Shown in pieces: positions 47,080-58,839 of a stretch of 64,000 nucleotides of DNA. The notes beneath the pieces are model-generated. The model was not told the origin of the DNA. It saw nothing but the letters and a program-made list of their open reading frames with translations, and searched no databases. How positions within the stretch are numbered: position 1 is the stretch's first letter; each line of letters begins with the position of its first letter. Source of the DNA: Selaginella moellendorffii (Eukaryota; Plantae; Lycopodiophyta); assembly GCF_000143415.4 (NCBI RefSeq), contig NW_003314264.1, forward strand, positions 1,807,710 to 1,871,709. The letters are read 5' to 3'. Position numbers and translations under genes: made by a program.

Positions 47080-50000
47080 ATGGAAGGCGAGGATCTAAGG
47101 CTGTACAACACAGATGGTGGGAGAAAAGAATGCATGGGGATCCTCATCCAAGTGACAGACACTCCATGCAGTTCCATGCAAGAATATGGACTGGCACTTG
47201 TGGTAGAGACAGCGTCCGCCTTCAAGATCCACCTTGCACATCCTAGCGGCTTCCCGGAGGGGGGCAGCGGCTATGAGGAATTCCTAGAGGGAGCTAGGGA
47301 GAGGTTGTCTAGGAGGCCCACAATTGTGACATACGAGGACTTATGCACAACTCTGAGAGCTCGTGCGCTATTGAAGGATTGGATCTTCGAGCAAGTGGCC
47401 GTGGAGAGGGTGAGCATCGACACCACGCAAGAGATGATGGAAGCGCTGGATTTGTCAAATGAAGACATCGACGAGTACGTGAAGGGGGCCCCCAAGTTCA
47501 TCGATCTGCTGCGGGATGCCACGAAAAGTAAAGCTGAGAAGTTGGATCAGTATACAAATTTCATTAAGATTGATGTCGACCACCGGCTTCAGAAACAGCT
47601 CGACCCCGCAGCAGAGGCCTATCGAGAACCTTACCGGGTATACTTGAATTCGGATGAGGATCAAAGGTGGAGGAGCATCGTTTCCTGCGGAGATGAGCAG
47701 GTCAAGAACATCTTTTGTGTGATGGACTTCACAAACGAGGAGATCACTCATGCAGACGAAGTCAGCTCCATCATTGACTTAATGGTGGGACTTGCAGAGG
47801 TGGAATCTTCAGTCCACTATATGATCTATGACTCCGAATCCTATCACAAGTTCTGGAAGGCCTTGAACGAGGTGAAGGCTTGGTTGAAAGGCAAGGAGAT
47901 GTGAGAGATCCATGGGATAATGGCTAAGAAGAAGATACCGACGAATGTCCGCATCTTCACACTCGCCCTTGTTATTGGTCCTGCAGCAAAGTGGGACTGG
48001 AGTGACTTCCCATCTTCGTTCCACAAGGCCGATCGAATTGATCTGAGGGAGGTCAATTTACCCGTGCCTGAGGAACTGAAGACGGCTATGGAGCTTTCGA
48101 ATCCAAAGAAAGCTCCAGGTGCAGCATGGGAAATGCTCAGCTGGGTCTTCAACGCAATAGCGGGTGGGTCACCTGCTTCCGACTCCAAGGGCAAATGCGT
48201 TGTCGAGTACAACTGCGACGGACTATTCTTTTGAGCCGCACTACTCAAGGTTGTCCCGTGTGTTGCGGTGACAAACTCCATTGAAGAGGTGACTTCAATG
48301 GAGCATATAATTACAGTTGCCAAAGAAAAATAGTATCTTCTTTGCGAACCTGGTGAGTACGCACTTTAAGTTTAAATGTTATCTCACAAGCTCTGTATGC
48401 AGGAGCGTGGCCACCCCCAGATGCTGAAACGGCGTTAACAGCTACTGTTGAAGATACCCATGTTGGGCCAAGCTCACAACCTGCACAAGGTAAGGTCACG
48501 TGAGGCCTCACGCCATTTTGATTATAGATCGTTGTGAATATTCAGACACGAGGACTGAAAAGTGCACTGGTGGCACGTCGAAGAAGGACAAACAGACAAG
48601 CAATAGGAAAAAAGGAGGTACAAATTATATTTGCAATGGCATGTGGTCTCATGCCATTCCTTGCAGGAGACACTTCTTCAAAGGCAAAACAGGCAAGCAC
48701 CAGCCAAGCTCAAACTGACAGTGGTCATAAAAAGCGAAAGCACGTTGGACAGTCGTCGGGATCAAAGGCGTTTGATTCGAAAAGGAAAAAGGGCAACGAA
48801 AAAATAATAGGTAATGCCTCGCGGTTATGGCGTGTGTGCTCATGCCATTCATTGCAGATCAAGGGCTGAGTGAAAGCAGGCAGTCACCACCTCCTGACTC
48901 AGATTCCTATGGCGGACTGCCCTTCCCCAATCTCAATGGAGAGGTACAATGGATGAGGGATGCTTTTCAAGTCAGGGCCACGTTTTTCTCATCTCGTCGT
49001 CTTCGAAGGGTGCAAGAACGTGCAGAAACCATGTTAAGACAGTCGGGTGAGGATGCGGTCCTAGGTCATGCACTAAAACAGGCTATGGATGTCTTGTATT
49101 TTGAGATGGAGACTCGGCCAGATGATTTTCCCAAGATGGTCCTGGAAGAACAAGCCATCCAGCTTGAGCAGCCTATGGAAGAAATGCAGGAGGGGGATGA
49201 GGAGCCAGAGAAAGATAATGAGCAGGAAGAGCAGAAGGACAAAGAGGAGGACAAAGAAGAAGAGGACGAAGAAGAGGAGGACGAAGAGGACTTGGATGGT
49301 CCTCACAATGGTGACGATCACAATAACGACGACAACGATGATGACGATGATGGCTAGCCTGAGGTGGCCAAAGAGCAGCAGAGGAAGGTCATACAAGATA
49401 AACCATCAGGTAAATAATAGTACATCCATTCCTAACCTTTTACCATTTCTAACATTGTCGATGTAGGTCGCAGAGCAAATGGTAAGTAGAGATTATTCAG
49501 TTGAATTTACAAACTCTAGCCTTTAGTGTCGAGGAAGGATAGTGCCAAGCAAGGGTCGAAACGTATGTCCAATCCTTCAGAATCAGCAGTGCGCCCAAGT
49601 GATATCGGTCCTAGTTCCTCAATAGCAGTTGATGGTAAATACAGTATAGTCGATTCAATGTGCTAATGAGTTTGTTTTTAGTAGCACGGGAGGATACTAT
49701 CTCAATCGAAGGGAGATATTTGGACATGCATATAGATCCGCCAGTGGACTCTACTTGCCTACAAGAGTCATCAGAGCTGGTGGAGGCTACTATCCATATC
49801 AACGCCAAGCAAGCTGACCACACTCCACTTGATGCTGCCCATACCACTGCGTCAATCTTGTCCACGTATCCAACTGACGGTGACCAGGCGCCATTGGACC
49901 CGCATGAGGCCGCCCCAGCCACCGAGCCGGTCGTATCCTCATTTCCAACGGACTCAACATGTGCCCAATCGTCTGACTATGCGCCGTTGGAACCTCCCTA

Positions 50001-51176
50001 CACCGCCCCTGCTGCTTGTTCGGTCATGTCCACTTTGCCAACGGAGGCACCAGCTGAAATGGCGTGTGATCACACGCCATCGGAACCACCCCATGCCACT
50101 GTTGAGCTAGTTGTACCAGAGTCTACAGCTGAAATGGCATGTGCCCACATGCCATCGGATGCGATTGACCCCACATTGCAGAGGAGAGTATTTCCGCCCT
50201 TCACGTTTCCTCGACCAAAACCCTCTCAACGACCATCGGGAGCACCATTCGCTAATATTGTAGATGGTAAAATTGACTTGTACCATTTTTTATGCTGACG
50301 CATTTCATTTCAGAGTCACGGCGAAGGTACTGTATCGTTTTTGATCTGAACAGTGTCCTTTTCTCCCATGAGCGTGGCTCGTCCTCGAATGTCACTGCAC
50401 CCTCCAAAGCCTGCGGTCGCAAGTTGGTCAAAAGAGACAGATTCACATTAATCACACAGGAGAAACTGTGGGATCTAATAATGACCATGCGACACTTAAA
50501 ACAGAGGGCCGGGTTTAATTTGCAATTGGGAGTTTGGACATCCATGATGCGCCACAATGCATTAACGTTGCTACAGATGATGCATGATCAGATGCGAGTA
50601 ATATTACCATTTGACTTTCTCCTAACGTAGGAGGATTGCTTGACTATGGTCCATGTGAGGGGTAGCAAGCCCATCTTCGTCAAGCCAGAGGCTGTAGTGA
50701 TGAATCGGACTGCTAGGTCAAGTGAAATCCTCATCATTGATGACTCGCCGATTAAAACTGTAGCGAACACACACACATATGCAATGCACCCCATCTCTTG
50801 CAGTATGGAAACTCGGGAGAAGAAACTGTATGTTCTGGGGGACCTTGCAAAACGGCTTGGACTGATGGTGATAGAGAACCGGCCAGTCCAGGAGGTGGCT
50901 GCAGAAATCAACCAAATGGCAGATGGAACGGTATATCAGAAGCCATTTGATCGGACAGACACCAGTCATCATTTATGGCATGTATATTGTCTAGCCAAGC
51001 ACTATCCACATCTCCATAATCTGCTCAACTGGATGGGTTCTTCAACCACTGAACATGAGCGTGGACGTACTAGAGAAGAGATGGCATTACTATTGGGTTT
51101 AAATCCTGATAGTATGGAGAGTGATGAAATTCCAAGATTATTGTATAGGCGTTGGAGGCAAAAAATAACAGTCTAA
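47080..51176 (+). pseudogene. Cargo gene of copy A (pseudogenised)
   Basis: Same exons and splice sites as copy B. 1203-bp deletion at 47325; stops at ~47902, 48232, 48331, 49355 and 50628. Confidence 0.88.
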
Positions 51177-51618
51177 GATGGCATGTATTTATTTAAAAAT
51201 GTAACTTATTATGGCATGGGGTTCCATGCCATTGTATTAATATTAAAAGACAATTCTTTGAGAGGATTTGCATTATACTAGAAGTGTTACAGCATGTTAT
51301 TGGAAGTCTACGAAGTTGTTTTATTAATAATGGGAAAGTAAAGATTGAATGGGGACTTGGGCTCCACCTAGACTCGGAGCAACTGAGCCAATATTAAAAG
51401 GATGGAAAGAAATTGGACGACGATGACAAGGAGAAGAGAGAGGTGAAGCAGTGGCAGGGGGAGGAGAAGTGATTGAGTAGACATTTCCTTGTTTAAAATA
51501 AAATGGCATGTGCCTTAATGCAGTTGAATTTTGTTATATTTATATACTATATAAAGGTTTGGAAACCTTATTTTACAAGTGGGATAATGACAATTCCCAC
51601 TTTAACGAAATAGAGCTT

Positions 51619-52322
51619 CATGACGGACCTCTTGCGGGACACGGCGGAGTGCCCAAGATGATGGGCTTACTCAAGACGAAGTACCATTGGCCAGATATGG
51701 CTAAGGACGTCCAAAACTATGTAAAGACATGTCCAACATGTCAGCAAATAAAAGCCGTGACTAAGGCTAGTGGGGGCTTGTTGCAAAGCATCCCAATTCC
51801 AGATTGTCCGTGGAAATGTCTTACGATGGACTTCATCACGGGACTTCCCCCAAGTGAGGGGTTTGATGCGATATTCGTGGTGGTGGACCGATTTTCGAAA
51901 ATGGCACATTTCATACCCACCACAACGGAGGTGGATGCGGAAGGTGTGGCGAAGCTGTTCTTCGAACAAGTGGTTCGAGTGCGAGGAAGACCGAAAGAGA
52001 TCATCTCAGATTGAGATAAGATCTTCACCAGTAGGTTCTGGAGGACTCTCCTGGAACAGTATCGCACCAAATTGAAATTCAGCACAGTCTATCACCCACA
52101 GACAGGTGTGGGGTATTAAGTCAAGTTTGTTGGCACTAACACTTCTTGACAGACAGACAAACGGAAAGGGTGAATAGGCAGCTGGAGGATTATTTGTGAT
52201 GCTATGTCTCGGGAGACCAGACCAATTGGGTAAGTCATTTGGGACTTGCGGAAATGTGTTATAACAACTCACCACATTCGAGTATCGGGGTGAGTCCATG
52301 GGAGGTCATCAATGGGCGAGCT
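51619..52322 (+). pseudogene. pol: Integrase zinc finger and core of G (inverted)
   Basis: HDGPLAGHGG...CPTCQ...PWKCLTMDFITGLP...VVVDRFSKMAHF...IISD; stops downstream. Confidence 0.93.
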
Positions 52323-52451
52323 GTCACCATGCCCCATATATGTCTAGCCCCTGGACAAAAAACATATAATTTCATGTCATTTTCAAATACTTGAAAATTT
52401 GTACCTAGTCCCATTTTACTGAATAAATCCCACTTTAACGAAATAGAGCTT
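52323..52451 (+). mobile_element. Detached terminal 129 bp of Sola-like copy A with TIR
   Basis: Matches 20403-20531; TIR 52428-52451; TSD CATG at 52452-52455. Confidence 0.93.
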
Positions 52452-54920
52452 CATGACACTCTTCTAAGGCTACCTTCCTTAGTTCCCCTTCTGGAACATA
52501 CACCCTCGTTTGCTTGTAATAGATGCTTCTGTGGTGTTCCGCATAGCCCGTTTTCTCTGCCGTTGGCAGCTCACCTCTCTGGTGAGCTTCCCGTGCCTCT
52601 AGATTCCTCAGCAACACTTCTTGTGCTAGACCATCGTTCTCATATGCTGCCGCACATCATCCCAGAAGGTTGTTGTTGTGCTGGATATTGCCAACCTCAA
52701 GCTCGCTTTTCGACTTAGCGCATCCACCACGATGTTGCTCTTCCTAGGCTTGTATAGAATCTCGCAATCAAACTCGGCCAAGGCATTAGCCCACCGACCT
52801 TGTTTCCCTCTCAGGTTGGGCTGTGACAAGAAGTGTTTCGTTGCCACATTGTCCATGTAAACCTTGAAGTGTCTCCCAAGGTAGTGTCGCCACTCCTTGA
52901 GCGCTTTGACCACCGCAAACAATTCCTTCTCGTGGGCAGGCCACTTCCGTTGAGCCTTGTCCAACTTCTTCGAGAAGAACGCTACCGGATGGTATTCTTG
53001 CTTCAAAACTGCGCCCAACGCAAAGTCTGAAGCATCCGTTTCTACCTCAAAGTCCTTACCAAAGTCTGGTAATGCCAATACGGGAGCCTTCCTCAACTTC
53101 CCTTTGAGGTGGACGAATGCCGCCTCGCATTCCGCTGTCCATACCATCTTCCCTTTTCCTGTTTGGTCCGTTAAGGGTAGGGCCACTCTCGAATAGTGTC
53201 TGATAAACTTTCAATAGTAGTTGCATAGCCCCAAGAATGCCCTCAACTCGTGTACATTCGATGGTCGCTCCCATTCCTGGATCGCTTGGACCTTCTCCGG
53301 GTCCACCTTGAGCCCGTCCTGGCCCACCACATGCCTGAGAAACTTTACCTCTTATTGAGCAAAGTCACATTTGCTCTCTTTAGCATACAGTTTGTGTTCC
53401 CTTAGTTTCTCAAACACCTTCGCCAAGTGTTCGGCATGCTCCTTTAGCGTCTCGCTATAGATCAGGATGTCGTCGATATAGACGACCACGAAATGATCCA
53501 GATAGGGTACAAAGATGTGGTTCATCAGCGCCGAAAACGTTGCCGGCACATTGCATAGCCCGAAGGGCATCACCAGAAACTCAAAGCTCCCATACCTAGT
53601 TTGACAGGTTGTCTTCTCGACATCTTCCTCTGCTACCCTGATCTGGTAGTATCCTGAGCTTAGGTCAATCCTCGAGAAATATTTTGCCTTTCCCAACGTA
53701 TCGAACAGGTCCTCAATCCTGGGCAAAGGGTACTTGTTCTTCTTTGTATACTTGTTGAGCAACCGGTAGTCTATGCACATGCGCATAGATCCATCTTTCT
53801 TTTTCACAAATAACACGGCGCCCCATACGGCGACTTGCTCAACCTAACATACCCTTTGTCCACCAACTCCTCTAGTTGGCATTTGAGCTCCTCGAGTTCT
53901 TTCTCTTTCAAACGATAGGGGGGACGAACCACCGCCTCAGCACCCTTGACCAGCTCAATCTTATGTTCTATCGGTTGTGCGGGGGCAACCCCACCGGTAA
54001 CTCCTCCGGCATGGTATCCTGGAATTGGTCCAACACCCATTGGATCACTAAAGGTACTTGTTCTGTTCCTGTCTTTTTGTCACTGTTCACCGAGAGTAAG
54101 CACAAAAATACTACCTTAGTTCCTTTAGTGAGTTGTCTTCTCGTGAACACCAGGTTTAAGCAAGATTCTTTGGCCTTGCTTTGCCCTACCTTTAGATCCT
54201 GGGCCTCCACCCTGGATCTTCTTCCTTGGGCATTCGCCAGTACCACAAGGTTTCTACCTTGTTCATGCAGGGCTACCATGAACCGATTGAACCAGTCCAT
54301 TCCGAAGATCACGTCAAATCCCACCATGTCTAACACGGTGAAATCCATGTCCACTTTCCATGTCCCTACTTCGACTCTCGCTTGTCGAAGTACCTCATTG
54401 GTGCTTTGGCTACCTTGAACAAACTCTATAGTCCTTGGTTTGCCCAGTTGCTGCACCATTAGTCCGGCTTGCCGGACTATGTCTGCAGCCACAAAATTAT
54501 CCGAAGCACCCGTGTCAATAAGGATCTTAACAAAGCTACCTTCGAGCTTCCCCCGGAGGGCTAGTAGATGTCGCGAATGACTCTCTACCAAAGTTGCTCG
54601 TGTAATGAGTAACTTTGAGTTAGGGACTGGATCACATACCTCAGTTTGGACTTCACCCGACTTGATGGCCATATTGGCTCTGGCCTTCTTCGGGTAGGGA
54701 CATTCCCTCGAAAAGTGTCCCGCTTCACCACAGTTGTAGCATACGTTGTTTCCCACGCTGCTATACGACTTGACCTTCTTATTCGTGGGTTTGTCTCTTT
54801 TCGCTTGACACCCCCATTTACTCGCTCGCTGGCCACCGGATTTGCCTTTCCGGAACCCCGAGGACTCATTCTTAGAGAAACTCTTCTTGAATTTCCCTCT
54901 GCTAAATGTTCCCCTTGGCG
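52452..54920 (-). pseudogene. pol: G gag zinc knuckle, protease, RT and RNase H
   Basis: CYNCGEAGHFSREC; ILIDTGAS; RMCIDYR...VMPFGL...VVYIDDILI; VETDASDFALGAVL...EKEL. Frameshifts and stops present. Confidence 0.95.
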
Positions 54921-54968
54921 GAGCCTTTTCCTCAGTTCTAGCGAAGGATAGAGGCGGATTGCTGGGAG

Positions 54969-55886
54969 ATGGCAAAGGCAGTGCATAAGCGAACCCAGGC
55001 GGAGACGGAACCTTCGCCAGAGCTGGAGCCTCCGGTCGAACAAGAGGCTATGGATGAGGAATCCTTGCATGAGGAGGACTCCAGTGAGGAAACTTCCAAA
55101 CAGGAGTCCAGTGGCGAGGTTTGGTCGTCCAAGGCTCAATTGGACGTTTTAGAAGGACAATTGGCGCAAACCAATGCCCTACTAGAGACTCTCGTACGCA
55201 AGCTAAAGCGTGACGAAAAGCGGAAGAAAAAGCGAAAGACTGCAGATGCTAGCAGCGCAGAAGGTGCGGACCCTTCGGCAGGGACTGAGGCAAAACCAAA
55301 CAAGGTCGAACAGACCGAAGTGGAATCAGTCCCTCAGGCAGTTCCCAAGTACAAACCAAAGCCCCCACCGGTCTTCAAGGGAGTGAACGACTATAAGGTG
55401 GTGGAGGATTGGTTTTACGATATAGAGGACTACTTCCGAGCGTTGTGATTACCGAGCTCGGAGAAGGTCCCATATGCAAAACCATACTTGGCAGATAATG
55501 CCAAGTCTTAGTGGAGAACGACAGAGGCCAACGAAGGACCGATGGCCACTTGGGAAATGATGAAGGCGAGGATCCGCGCAACTTACGTTCCTCCAAATGC
55601 TACCCTGCATCTAAGGGACAAGCTAAGTAGGCTGAAGCAGACCAGAACCATTCAGGAGTATGTGAATGGGTTTATGGCAAAGAGGATACTTGTCACGGAC
55701 ATGGGGGATATGGATGCGTTCCATGCCTTCATATCAGGTTTGCAAACCTAGGCTCGCGGTGAAGTGATGCGGTGGAACCCGACCAACTACAAGGAAGAGT
55801 TGGATGTGGCCATCAAGGTGCATTTCAATGATAACCTGCGAAAGGGGAACACGACATGGTCGGGATCCACGTTTAGCAAAGGGGCC
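54969..55886 (+). pseudogene. gag: G gag capsid region (inverted relative to pol)
   Basis: KPKPPPVFKG...VEDWFYDIEDYF; TWEMMKARIRATYVP...LRDKLSRLKQTRTIQEYVNGF; in-frame stops. Confidence 0.88.
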
Positions 55887-55898
55887 AAAATACCAAAT

Positions 55899-57038
55899 TG
55901 TAAGCCACAAATTTTTCCTTTCCGATTTGCCAGCTTACCTCGTCTATCCGACCTGGCTTGTGCTAAGTTCCCTCGCCAAGGTTTTCGCCTATGGTACCAG
56001 CTCCTACTTGGTTCTACTTAGTTTTAGCTACTCACTGCACGAGCAATGGAGTGTTAGCCATCCATCTACAGATTCCCAAATCTCTCCCAATCCCCCTCCC
56101 CGGGTTAGACTGGACTTAAGGTTCGTCTACACTCCCCGCAGGCACAAGCAGCCAAGCACACCAAGCCTCCAGGTTCCTAACACCCCTTGGTACCACAAGG
56201 CTTGATCATGGGACCCTCTAAATCCCAAGCCTTGGGTGCAGCAGTTGCTTCGGGACGTCGGGGTGAAACACCGTGGCTTAACGGCCCGGTATGGGTACCT
56301 CTACCCCCCCACTTCCATCCCGAAGGGAAGGCCCAAGCCCCTAGGAAGGGCGAGGACCAATGAGCCACAATGTACTCAAGTGGGGCACCACTCCACATGA
56401 GCCAGGAGCACCGCAGTCGGTTTCCCTTTCAAGAGTGGGAGCTGCTCTTGAGCACTTCCCTGGGTGGCCCCTCCGGCACCACCCAAGCCCATGCTCACTC
56501 CCACCCAAGGCCCCTCGGCCCCAGTCTCAACCTCAAGCCAATTTGGAAGCACCACTGGAGAGTTCCTTCAAGACTGGTTCTTGGACCTCACTATCCCTAC
56601 TATACTTTTGGAACCCCCTGCAGCCCCCCCCCCCCCCTAGGAGATGCACGCTTTGGGCTTTCACCCCTTGACCCGTATTAGTACTCGGACTTAGTCTCTA
56701 GCTGATCTCGGACTCGATCTCGGATCCGACTTCGGATTCAGTTTCGGACTAAATCTTGAACTCGATCTCGGACCCGATCTCGGACCCGACCTCGGACTCG
56801 ATCTCGGACTCGGTCTCGGACCCGATTTCGGATCTCGGACTCCGTCTTGAGCTCGGTCTCGAACTCGGTCTCCGAGTCGGTCTTGGACTCGATTCCGAAC
56901 TCTATTTCGAACTCGGTCTTAGAGTCGGTCTTGGACTCGATCTTAGACTTGGTCTCATCCGATGAACTCTTTATCATTTTGGTCAAGCTTTTCGGGGCTC
57001 CTTTAGCATATGACACCTCGGCGAGTTGGTTCCTTACA
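55899..57038 (-). repeat. 5' LTR of G
   Basis: Copy of 3568-4737; damaged PBS (atttggtatttt on minus) adjacent. Confidence 0.92.
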
Positions 57039-57043
57039 AGTGT

Positions 57044-57253
57044 GTGTTTCTCAAGGGGGGGGGGGGGGGGGAAGGGGGGGGGGGGGGGGGCGGAGGGGGG
57101 GGGGGGGGGCGGGGGGGGGGGGGGGGGGGGGGGGGGAGATGAAGGGGGGGGGGGGGGGGGCCGGGGGGGGGGTGGGGGGGGGGGGGGGGGCTGGGGGGGG
57201 GCGGGTGGCCGGGGGGGGGGGGGGGGGGGCGGGGGGGGGGGGTGGGGGGGGGG

Positions 57254-57285
<32 letters not shown>

Positions 57286-57581
57286 GGGGAAGGGGCGGGG
57301 GGGGCGGGGGGGGGGGCTGGGTGGGGGGGGGGGGGGGGATGGGGAGGGGGGATTGGGTGGGAGGGGGGGGGGGGGGGGGGGATGGAGGCCGGGGGGGGGG
57401 GGGGGGGGGGGGGGGCCGGGGGGGTGGGTGGGGGGGGGGGGGGGGTTGGTGGTTCGGGGGGGGGGGGGGCGGGGGGGGGGGGGGGGGGGGGGGGGGGGGA
57501 GGGGGCGGGGGGGGTAGACGGGGGGGGGAGGGGCAGGGGAGGGGAGCGGGGGGGGGGGGGGGGGAGGAGGGGGGGTTGGCT

Positions 57582-57613
<32 letters not shown>

Positions 57614-57800
57614 GGGGCCGGGGGGGGGGGGGGGGGGGGGGGGTGGGGGGGGGGGGGGGGAGCCGTGGTGGAGGGGGGGGTGGGGGGGGGGTCAGGAGGG
57701 GGGGGGGGAGGGGGGAGTGCGTCTGCGGGGGGAGGGGGGGGGGGGGGGGTGGGGGGGGAGGGGGGACGGGGGGGGGGGGGGGGGGCATGGGGGGGGGTGT

Positions 57801-57835
<35 letters not shown>

Positions 57836-58403
57836 GGGGGGGGGCTGCTGTGGGGGGTTCCAAAGGTATAGTAGGGATAGTGGGTAGGTCGGGCATGGAC
57901 GACCAACCTGAGGCATAATCTAGCTCCTACTTGTGTGTCTGTCCTTGTTCTGCATTTGGCTTGGGTCTAAGCCCAAGCTCCATTCCATGCTAGCTAGTGG
58001 AGTACCCATATCCTCACGTTAGGCCACTGGTATGCCGAAATAGCACCAGACTCCGTTTGGCTCTGTTTTGCATGCTGGTCCTAGCATTAGGATGTTGGTT
58101 GCTTCAGGACTGTTCCAAGTCACTCCGGGCTCCTGTCCCTTCGCTCCTTGGGCTGTATGCTTAGAAGTTGCTCTGTGGTCCGGTTCTATCACTCCTTGGC
58201 TCCACGCTTGGGAGTTTGGCACCATTCCTTCGTTCAGTGGCCCAAGGCCCTGAACCTTGGGTTCCACACCACATTCCTTTGGACACGTGGCATGTGACAC
58301 ATGGCATCTGTCACGTGGCACAAAGGGGGTTTAGGTTCTGCTTCGTGGTGTTATCCTATGGTAAATCACCATAGGATAAAGGGTAAAAACCACGTGCACT
58401 ACA
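57044..58403 (+). repeat. LTR of host element H, right part
   Basis: Carries TTCCAAAGGTATAGTAGGGATAGTG as in the G LTR; ends ...ctaCA followed by a PBS. Confidence 0.7.
57055..57858. repeat. ~800-bp interrupted poly-G tract inside LTR H
   Basis: Occupies the position of a short G/C run in related LTRs (4305-4323, 56625-56637). Confidence 0.85.
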
Positions 58404-58416
58404 TTTGGTATCAGAG
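58404..58416 (+). promoter_or_regulatory. PBS, tRNA-iMet type (TGGTATCAGAG)
   Basis: tttggtatcagag directly after the CA terminus. Confidence 0.8.
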
Positions 58417-58839
58417 GATGAGTCTCAGTGAGTACTACTCAATGAGATTGGGCAACTAGTCTCGTTGCATACGGAGAGATGAAAACGATGATCCGAGTGG
58501 GTACACGTTTAGGTGCAATGACTTCGCAATCGTTCCTTGGGTATGGTTTTAGTTACCGTTTTGTACCGTATTATATGAGCTTGCTCTTGGGCTCATAGGA
58601 AGGATTGAGTTATTCTAGTAGCATGAGTTTGCGCTTGGGCTCGTGAGTGAGGCACATTAGCAACTCAAGGTTACACTTTGAGTTGGCAGGATTAATGTTA
58701 GCCTATCGGTGGTTCTATGAGTTGTTCCTTGTACCATGGGTGAAAGCAAACTCCCTGGGTTTGCTATGAGTGGCAAATAGGCTGGTCTGTAGCTATTTAA
58801 CACGGCACTAGTGGATCCTTCCTAGGCATGATTACAAGT

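Larger units (their letters stand above)
5823..51618 (-). mobile_element. Sola1-like DNA transposon copy A, body (strand = transposase); last 129 bp lie at 52323-52451
   Basis: TIR at 51595-51618 followed by CATG; second TIR at 52428-52451 followed by CATG. Colinear, in reverse, with copy B. Confidence 0.9.
3568..57038 (-). mobile_element. Ty3/gypsy chromovirus LTR retrotransposon G (disrupted)
   Basis: Direct LTRs 3568-4737 and 55899-57038 (TG...CA). TSD AGTGT at 3563-3567 and 57039-57043. PPT next to the left LTR. gag, zinc knuckle, PR, RT, RH, INT and chromodomain all recoverable. Confidence 0.93.

Noticed and set aside
51508-52014. TIR-integrase and TIR-transposase fusion ORFs (also 20375-22378 ends)
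   Set aside because: Chance read-through across insertion junctions.
56847-57918. Long Gly-rich and Pro-rich ORFs (extensin/formin-like)
   Set aside because: Translations of an interrupted poly-G tract that is a short run in related LTRs; probably a sequencing or assembly artefact.
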